From Catajapyx aquilonaris (Eukaryota), in assembly GCA_000934665.2 (NCBI GenBank), contig JYFJ02000988.1, positions 1 through 64,000 on the forward strand: a DNA stretch of 64,000 bases, given 5' to 3'. Within the stretch, counting starts at the first letter, position 1, and each line of letters opens with the position of its first letter. The notes beneath the pieces were generated by a model. The model was not told the DNA's origin. It did no database searches and was given only the letters and a program-made list of their open reading frames with translations. The position numbers and the translations under genes are program-made. Shown here in pieces: positions 55,453 through 64,000 of this stretch.

Positions 55453-55674
55453 ATGGCCATCCGGAGATGGCTTCTGGCCGTCTCCTTCTGGGTGATGATG
55501 GCCGTTGCGGGTTGCGGCCAGTGGGACGTGCCTGCAGGGAAGGCCATCGACATCTTCCCCAGGATGGGCTTCCTGGGACTCAGCATGCGGGTCCTGCCCC
55601 GGAACGAGTCCTTCCACTGGGTCTTCCGGGAGCCCTCCAGGGACGTCTTCGTGCCAAGCACCTACCAAGTGCAG
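55453..55674 (+). CDS. tsl: Torso-like (MACPF/perforin-like) exon 1 with signal peptide
   Basis: Hydrophobic leader MAIRRWLLAVSFWVMMAVAGCG, then GKAIDIFPRMGFLGLSMRVLPRNESFHWVFREPSRDVF (Tsl N-terminal motif G.AI.IF..YG.L.ISMRV.P.N....W.FREP...VF). Phase-0 CAG|GTACCC donor. Confidence 0.92.
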
Positions 55675-58600
55675 GTACCCACAGGGGTTAATGTTATACA
55701 TACCTATACCCGGTGTAACTGGCCTGATAGGAGTATCGGCACAATGTGTCGTTTTGCACAGTTACGAGCTCGTTGATCTTTTATTGTGCGAGGGAGTGAC
55801 ATACGAACATCCCGGGCCCCGCTGACACCTCCGGTCGCTTTTTAGCATTCTATTGGATTTGCAAAGTTCAGTGCCAGGACGACTGGCAGCCTGGTGTCGT
55901 AGCTCAACTCTTTGCATAGGATGTGGATTACGTTGGATATAAGGAAGCGTTTATATACGATCCGAATTTCAAAATCCAAGCGGGCGATCAAAGTCACAAT
56001 TTGGTCCAAATTGAGTTGAGCAGGTGTTTTCTGATGCCAAAAGTCAGTTTTCGAAGGTCATTACAGATCTGTAGAAAAAAACGTTATGGATTTTCCAAAA
56101 TTCAGACATGCAATTTCCCGAAATCGTTCGATTGTGACTCGGATCGTTCTGTGTATTCAGATAGTCCACATTAAAAGCTTTGAAAGGGCTCCGGAATACG
56201 TGAACATTTTCCAGTCTGAACAGGTTTCCGATATAGTCTATATTACGACAGAAATGCAATGACAATCCTTCGAGAGGACTAAGCCGCTAAATTTGGTAAT
56301 AGACCAGTTTCTGCTCTTTCCAGAGTCTGTCAAACAGAAGTTTCCCTGCGTTTACATGTAGAATAAAATATAGAGTTAGATCGAGTTTCATAATTTCGTC
56401 CTTCGGCTAAGATTAGACGCTCTATGCAAATGATTTATGGGAGAATCCTCAATAGCAGAGAGGATTTTTTTTAAACGTGTCTCTTAATATTATTACTCTC
56501 TCAAATTATTTTCCACGTAAAATTGCAGTACTTTTGGATAACATACCTCAACTGAATTATGTAAATATAAATTTTATTGAGGTACGTGTTCTGCTACTGC
56601 AACTGACCAAATATTCCATTAATTATAATTTATTAATCGATTCGACGAAATATTCACTATAGATTGGAGGCGCTCTGTTTCAAGTGTATAGAAAAGTTCA
56701 CAAACACTTAAATTGAGAAGAGAACCGGCCGCAAATTGCAAATTGCATTTTGGGCAATTGCGCAGAACTGCAGGCCAAAATCAGAGCCATTTTTTGTAAA
56801 TCGCATATATAGGTTGTTGAGCCATCCTCGGACAGTGAGCAGAAACCACAAAAGTTCGAAATTGGAGCTATGGTAATGTTGCAATGTGTGAAATGCTGTG
56901 ACAGAGAGGTGAATTGCATCGTAATGATATGCTATCGGTTAACCCCCGCAGATTACACGCAGCGAATTTACATTTTGTTCTCGGAATCAAGTTACCAAAG
57001 ATTGGCTTTTGCTGTATATGAACTATATAGTTCGGCGAGATAATTACTTTCGGTTTGATATTATATAGAATCGCAGAATTTTGAATTTAAGTGAACATGC
57101 AAGAAAAATATACTCAGAAGGGATTTTTTTTTATGGGGAATAAAATTCTATATGCACATTCTCTCTCTACAAATCTTGTTCGCTTCCAAAACTTACCCAA
57201 GTTATTCCTTGCAAAATTTCCCACAGGAGTTCACTCCAGCAAAGCGGCCTAAACGCCAATAAAAGAAACGTTCAGTATGAACGGTTTTTCAAACAGAATT
57301 GGGTTACAAAATGCCCTCACTTCATTTTGCTTCAATAGAAAGAAAGGGGGGGAAAAAAACCATTTCCGCTTGAAGTTTTTTTTTGCATCTTCTCTGGCAG
57401 ACGGTCTGTACGACTGAAAATCCATTTATGGAACTTACAGGGTCATAAGAGCTTTTATGAGATTCGTCGTGCATATTACGGCGAAAATAGCAAATCAGCG
57501 TAAAATCTGCTTACAAGAGCGATATAAACTTTCTTGGCGCAAAATCATGTTACGTAATTATCGTGTACATGTTCGCTGATGATGATGATGGCTCGAGATG
57601 CAATGCCTACCGGTTTTCACAGTGGACGCACACCTTATTCGGGGTAACGGTTCGTATTTGACTGGCATACAAATAAGTTTAGTGTAACGACCATTACAGC
57701 ACCTGAGCGCATCCACGAAGGCAAGGTCATGATTTTGCCCTTATTCGCCTTCTGAAAGTTCTGCACGAGCGGAGCAGATTTCCTCAAGCGTAAAATTGAT
57801 GATGGTAAGAAGCGTTACGTAATGTAACCAGCAGGATGATACAGTGAATCTCGCCATAATAATTTTGAACTAATACAACATATTTTAACAGTCACTTATA
57901 GCCATTCATATTGTTGAAATGTGCTGTTGGTGTACACTGTACATAACAGTTTGCAAGCGTGCAGGAAATGCGGATGGCGTAATATTTAAGTAAGTAACAC
58001 CGCCTCTAAATTATTGAAATGATGCTGTATAGTCTGTAGAATTTACAACCTAATGGAAATTGAGTTCAGTTTGTGAAATATTTCAACGGTTTTTTTGTAG
58101 CCCCGCCCGCTATGAATTACACAGGACACATTTCATGTCGACGTTCATTACAAGTAACGTTATCACGCTTGCTTTAAAAGGCATTACTCCATTTTAATGC
58201 CACTTATAACCGAGGTAATTACACTGATGACGTCCATATGACGCACTGGAGAATTTGGTCACGGCACCTTTTATTTTGGCCCAAAATTGTTTTTTTTCCC
58301 CTGCTACCACTTGGCTCCAGGGAAACGCCAATCAAACCAAAAAAATCGCCATCAGTGGACCTTACGACTCAACGGTCAAATGGAGTCAAATAAAAGGGGG
58401 TCTCCTGCCCGTTAGTTGGCTGTTTTTTCGGCGAAGTTAAAGGGCACATCAAGTTCCAGAGTGATTGCTTGATACCGCAGCTTTTCGAGAGAGAGATAGG
58501 TGCATTTTAGGCACTCCCCTTCGATACATTGTATAATGTATAGTCCTAGGCTAGTACTTTCTGATGGTCAAATCAGTTTTCTTATAAATCTGTTACACTT

Positions 58601-59362
58601 TAGCAATTTTTTAAAAAAAATAAGGACTTACTTAATTTAAAAAATCTCTCTTCGCTCTCGTTTTTCTTAGTTATGACATCTTCAAATCGTTCTTATGTCA
58701 CCTGTTAAGTCTTCATGCCGATTCTCTCATATACTGTTCCGCATATTTATTTTCAACTATATTTTGAGCCGTGTTATAATATATAGTTGTAGTACATCAG
58801 CGAGAAATGCAAGCACTACTAATATCCAGGCAATTACACGGTGTGTTTACTATGAACGAAATGTGGAAACACGGTGGTTTGGCTGAACCTGAGGCTAAGC
58901 TGCATACACATCCAGAGGGCATAAAGTTTTTAGTTAAATCAGCTCAAATGTGCTCGGCGTAATTCGGCTCATCAGCTCCAAGTGTAGACTACCTGGTGTC
59001 CCAAAAGTGTGTCTCTTAGATATATATTTTTTGAAAAATGGTAATTAAAGTTATAATGAAATCTTTCAAATCGTTCCTATGTGACCCGTTCTTCGCACGG
59101 TGATTGATATGTTTTTAAAAAATCTGCTCCACAAGTCCGCAGATGAGACATCAAAACATCATAGCAAATTTAAAAAGTCACATTTTTGGTATTTAGACTC
59201 AACAAGTGCAGCTTTCAGACTCCCCTAAATAAGACGTCAGTGTGCCAAATTGCAGTACTCTCAGTAGTCAGAAAGTGGGTTAGGTAGCCGTATGACGTAT
59301 ATGACAAACTTTCTGATAGATAAGTAAGATTGACCTGCGTGTCTCTCTCTTTGTTCTGACAG

Positions 59363-60166
59363 GTGGAGGAAGTGGACCGAGCGCCATTTTTCAACGAGTT
59401 CCACATCGACCTGTGCGACGACCTGGAGCAGCTTCTCCAGGCCTACTTCCGCCGCTTCTTCGTGCACGGTCTGGACCGGCCCTGGCGAGTGTTCGTGGCC
59501 AGCTGGAGCCGGACAGCAATCGCCCGTCACTTCGGCCTTGACCCAGCCTACGTCCGAGGGGACTACGGATACATGCTGGTGCGTGTGGTCATGATCCGAG
59601 AGAACGGGAGGGTCATCTTCCTGCCAAATGTCACAGCCACGGACAGTGTCCAGGAGGACATGTCCAAACTCAAACTGGGCAACTTCTCCAATCTCCTCAC
59701 GTTCTTTCATTCGGTTGGTACTCACTTTGTGTCCGCGTACGTCACGGGCAACTCCTTGTACCAGGTGTTTGTCTACGAGCCTCAGAGCTACCAGCAGCTG
59801 AAGGAGAGGATTGGAAGTACAGGGTGGCGCAGTGCCAGCTACCTCTCGACCTTAACCTACTTCCTACCGCTTTGGGTCAAGCACACAGGGAAGGTCATGG
59901 TCGGAAATGCCAGTCCACAGGTCACGCAGAGGATACGGGAGGCACTCAATGTTCAGTTTCTGTTCTCGGGATATCCCAACATATTCAAGCTGCATAACAA
60001 CGCTCCGTTGGTGACGCGTTTGCAGCGCGAATTGGGCGGAGAAGGCGACGCGTTGTTGGGACTCGAACTCAGGAACCTCGGAGTTCTCTTCAAGGACAAG
60101 CAGATGTACAAGTGGTTCGTGGAAGTGTTGCACAACACGGCGCTCATGTGGGAACTTAACGCGTGA
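59363..60166 (+). CDS. tsl: Torso-like exon 2 (MACPF domain, stop)
   Basis: Strong pyrimidine tract plus ACAG acceptor. FHIDLCDDLEQLLQAYFRRF....LDRPWRVF..SW and GTHFVSAYVTGNSLYQVFVY are Tsl hallmarks; ends LMWELNA-TGA. Spliced protein is 341 aa. Confidence 0.95.
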   Translation: MEEVDRAPFFNEFHIDLCDDLEQLLQAYFRRFFVHGLDRPWRVFVASWSRTAIARHFGLDPAYVRGDYGYMLVRVVMIRENGRVIFLPNVTATDSVQEDMSKLKLGNFSNLLTFFHSVGTHFVSAYVTGNSLYQVFVYEPQSYQQLKERIGSTGWRSASYLSTLTYFLPLWVKHTGKVMVGNASPQVTQRIREALNVQFLFSGYPNIFKLHNNAPLVTRLQRELGGEGDALLGLELRNLGVLFKDKQMYKWFVEVLHNTALMWELNA

Positions 60167-60381
60167 TTCCAAGTGCATTTTGTGTATACGTGAATATTTT
60201 GTGTGCGTGATCCGTGTGTGTGTCTGTGAGTGGTGACTTGTCGTGCTACACTGTCGATTGGGGAAAATGCCAAGGGTCGGTGACTGCTGTGATAAGGTCG
60301 ATTGAGAAATGAGTTGCAAAAGAGTCGCGATTTTTCAAAGCCCCCCACTCCCTCCCTCCCTCCCTCCATTTTTTTTCGTAA

Positions 60382-60737
60382 CCCTGTGAAAGACGGAGTT
60401 AATGACGTGCAAAATCCTGCGATTTGGCCACAGTTGGGGGGTAATTGTGGACATCCTGGAAAATTGTCCCTGTTTCCAACACTAGAATGACGAAATTTTC
60501 TTCTGAGATAAGACGTCGTGCCGGAAAAAAATGTTGCCATTCTGTCAAAGTTTCGAAAATGTTGCAATTTTCTGACAAAGAAAAACTATTTTTTTTTCCA
60601 GGATTATATCACAGTTGTCCCACAACATTTTTGATTACACTCCATCTATCTGGTATGTTGTACTGTGCCATGTAAGAATTGTGTGCCATTCAAAACATTA
60701 AAAGAACTTCACAATGCTTGCATGTGCAATCACAGGG
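60382..60737. mobile_element. piggyBac-like MITE downstream of the tsl stop
   Basis: GTAA-CCCTGTGA ... TCACAGGG-TTAA: 11-bp inverted match including the TTAA-type target. Confidence 0.5.
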
Positions 60738-63700
60738 TTAATGATAAAATTTTGCACAATTTCATTGTATTTATATAAATTCATAGTGTGTATCAGTCCC
60801 GAACGACATTTCGTGCCAAAAATAATAACAAGATTAATCGTTCTAAGAGTTTTATCGCGTTTCTTTTTTAAACCATGAAGTCACACCCTTGACCTTTGCC
60901 CTGACAGTCCGCCAATGATCGGATTCAAGGACAGGAGGACAACAGAAACATTTAAAAAATAATAAAAAAAGAGATTTTCCTCCTAGTGCCAAAACGAACC
61001 TGTTCTCATTTTTGTAATTTTTCTTCTAATTGCGACTATTTTATTGAACCATCCCTCCGTGATTTCAAAAAAAAGGAACACAATATACGCCTCCTAAAAA
61101 AACGAAAAGACATCTCTTCTTTTTACAGAATCTCGTGACTTATCCTCTTTTTTTTGACTCGGTATGTGTTAGTCCCCATGATTATAAACCTCCCCAACCT
61201 GACTCAAACATGCGAAAATGTAGTTATTTCAACAGCGCGAAAATTCTCCAGAGCATGAAACCCCGTTTCACCTAACTCTCTTTTAAGAGAGAGAGATAGA
61301 GGTCAAAAACGACGAAAAAATTTCTCAACCTAAAAATTGTCATCCCATTTCGTTACGTGTGCGTTAAAAGTCACCATAATTGCCCGTTTTTTCCGGCCTA
61401 TTTGCTCTAATTATGCGCCGAGTACAAGGAAATGTGTAGGACACTTTGACTTTTTTAAATTATTGCATTGTGCTATTTAATTTTTTTGCTAGTTTTTTTA
61501 AAACAGTTCACTTGGCGAGATGCACTTTTGAAGCAGGCCTTGATAGCAGTGTAAGTGGTTGGGTGTTTGAACCGCAGAGTATTACAACAACCCCTAGTTA
61601 GACCATTGCAATCAAGTGTGAGTGCACCATCCTCTATCTCTCTCTCTAAAAGGTCTGGCCCTCTTCTCGTTGCATAACAATGCGTCACGACAAGAAGAGG
61701 AGGAAGGAATTGTCTTCCATTTCGCAGATGCCAACCCGGCATAATCTGTTCACCGGGGCTTTATTGTCTTTCTACTCACTGAAAACGCGGTTACCGGGAA
61801 CCGGGTTACTAATTACTTCTCCAACTTCGTAACCCGTGGAACTTAACCCTTTTCACCCACACCCTTCCCTCCTCCAGCACCACCACTTCCCAACCCCCCT
61901 TCCTCTCCATCCAATTAAATATTGTGTCTAGGAGGCCTGAGGAAAAGCATACCGCGACTTGCTTGATTCACAAATGTGAAAGTTACGCGGTAACTTTGCC
62001 TAACAAGACCACAGCTGCAGGGATTTTGTGGCAGAAGCAATAGTTTGAGCCAATGCCAAACAGTCAGGCAACAATAATTAAACTATGATATTGATAAAAG
62101 GAAAGTTCGGCAAGATGATGAGGAAGGAAGCAACAGGGAGTGACTTATTCTTATTAGCAGTTTGTATTAAGATGTCTATAAAACCAAAAGGTTGTCAATT
62201 TGGATAAGTGGCAGGTGCTGCTGTTTTGAGAATGTCGTGTCTTGGGAGTCGAAATGGCGCTGAACCATGGAAAGTAACTATGGCATCGGTTTCAATACTG
62301 TAGGCCAGTGCATATCACAGTACACATATTACAGTGTATCAAGTGTGGGTATAGTGAGACGAGCTATAAACCTCCGCTTTATTTGTGTGAAAATTATGAA
62401 AACATGAAAACGCATATGCTGTTTACCTGCGTGAATTCGGGTTGATCAAATCAAATTAAAAGCACGTGAATATAACAGGTGCACAGTTCACGTACTGTAT
62501 CGGAAAATATATGCACACACCTGCAGTATTCACTAGTTGAGTTTTGTTATAGGTTTGGTCACAGGAGATAAAGCCAAAACTCAATCATCTGATGATGACA
62601 GGTGGTTCAGGGAAAATCTGGGAACTGGCATCATTCTTCGCAACAGGAGTTCTTTGTAACTGATGTCCTTCACGTGTAAATGAACATTATAAATATTTCA
62701 ACAGTGCGACGATTTGCTATTCTATACGGCTCAGCATTAAAATTAATGTTTTCGGATATAATGTACTGGTAATGTGGAAATTTTTTTAAAGCGGTATCAC
62801 ATGCAGGGTAATACGCGCATGAAAATATTTTATCGGCCATGACCAAATCGGGACTCAAACGTGAATAAGAGTTATACTGTATAGGCCACAGTACAGACGA
62901 TAATGTTACGCATCCCAGAGTCTCGATCCCAGAGCAATGCAAATTACAGTGTATGTCCCCAAAGCCTCTGTGGTCATCGCCTGTTGCCGCAGTAACAGAG
63001 AGGCAACAAATTCCAGACTCTCCAACAGCATTCCTAGAGTCGATTGACCCTGCATTACAATAGACCACGCAATTCCTGTGTTAGATAAGCAGCATCTCTG
63101 CGCTATTAAAGGGTGACGCATTTCTCTCTATATATATTACGCTGAGTTAGTTACGACAGACGTTTACAAATTAACGCCACAAATCCAATCACTCTGTGTT
63201 TACTCACGAGATGAAATGACATGCGACGCCCTGATATCATGCCAAAACTTGCTGGATTAATCTTCTCTTCTTGCTTATGGATTCCGAGAGATCATGAAAT
63301 TTTACACCAGCGTTTTGCCGGGATTGCCTTTTTTTATATATATAAAATTTCCTCTCTCCTGGCGTCCAAAGTCGGACAATGTCGTACACCATGTCTTTAT
63401 AGTGGGTTTGGAGACGGGCCAATCAGCGCCAGATTTCTCTCGAGACTGTCAAAATTTTTTCGGGAACCTATAGGATCGCAGTAGAAGAGCAGGGGAAATT
63501 ACTCTTTAAAGTGCGATGTATTTAACTGCTCCGGCACCACTCGGCTTCAAAAATGGAAATTGAAACCGCATTCATACTGCCATTAATTGAAATGGCATTG
63601 GATTTAAACTATACATGCGACTATCCCGTGGATATAATGGAATATGTGAGTATTGGCTTACATTTCAATCAGCAGAAGTGAGTAGTTGGCCAAAAACACA

Positions 63701-64000
63701 ACAGGCTGTTATAAAATATTGGGAATCAAGGGTTAAGCCGACACATGCCATATATGTGATGGAAAACGCTAAAAGCATGTAGGGTCAAATTAGGTTGCAT
63801 GACTTGAACCCTGTGTCATGTCAATTGGGGAATGGCATTTTGAGTTGCATTATTATGATTTAGTGTAAAAAAAAGCAGGCGCGGAAAGTGTTGGTAATTA
63901 TACAAAGGCCTTTTTAGTGTGACCCCTCCCTGTGAAAAGCCACAGCTAATTAGTTTACTGCTCATTTTGAATATTCGAGGGAGGGGGAAGGTTATAATCT

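Noticed and set aside
58678..59089. Short duplicated segment (ATCTTCAAATCGTTC..ATGT.ACC.GTT) and a mariner-like TACCTGGTGTCCCAAAA end
   Set aside because: Likely decayed TE fragments; boundaries could not be defined.
59261..60567. Minus-strand ORFs of 151-204 aa over tsl exon 2
   Set aside because: Antisense shadows of a GC3-rich coding exon.
62586..62667. ATGATGA...CTGA C/D-box-like pair
   Set aside because: No convincing terminal stem, host intron or guide sequence.
1522..63475. Frequent CTATAG palindrome
   Set aside because: About 17 seen against roughly 20 expected from composition; not enriched.

Overview
Eukaryotic (arthropod-type) genomic DNA, mostly intronic and intergenic, with three recognisable spliced protein-coding genes. 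(1) The first coding exon of neurobeachin/rugose on the minus strand (28506-28676); its first intron apparently runs off the left edge of the window (>28.5 kb). (2) A complete 7-exon SEPT6-group septin (Sep2, 423 aa, + strand, 30934-38297), head-to-head with rugose and about 2.26 kb from it. (3) A 2-exon torso-like (MACPF/perforin family, 341 aa, + strand, 55453-60166). Most other ORFs in the six-frame track look spurious. Non-coding DNA holds several short non-autonomous DNA transposons with readable TIRs/TSDs (hAT-, pogo/Tc1-, piggyBac- and Sola-like, one nested), a long foldback hairpin, microsatellites, and an apparent excess of TACAGTA/TACTGTA and TACAGTGTA/TACACTGTA words resembling Tc1/mariner excision footprints. 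Best leads: a Thr at the switch-I position normally lacking in SEPT6-group septins; a possible micro-exon/uORF intron-retention switch at the rugose start; and the footprint excess. I found no rRNA, tRNA, CRISPR or prokaryotic features, and no clearly new multi-gene system.
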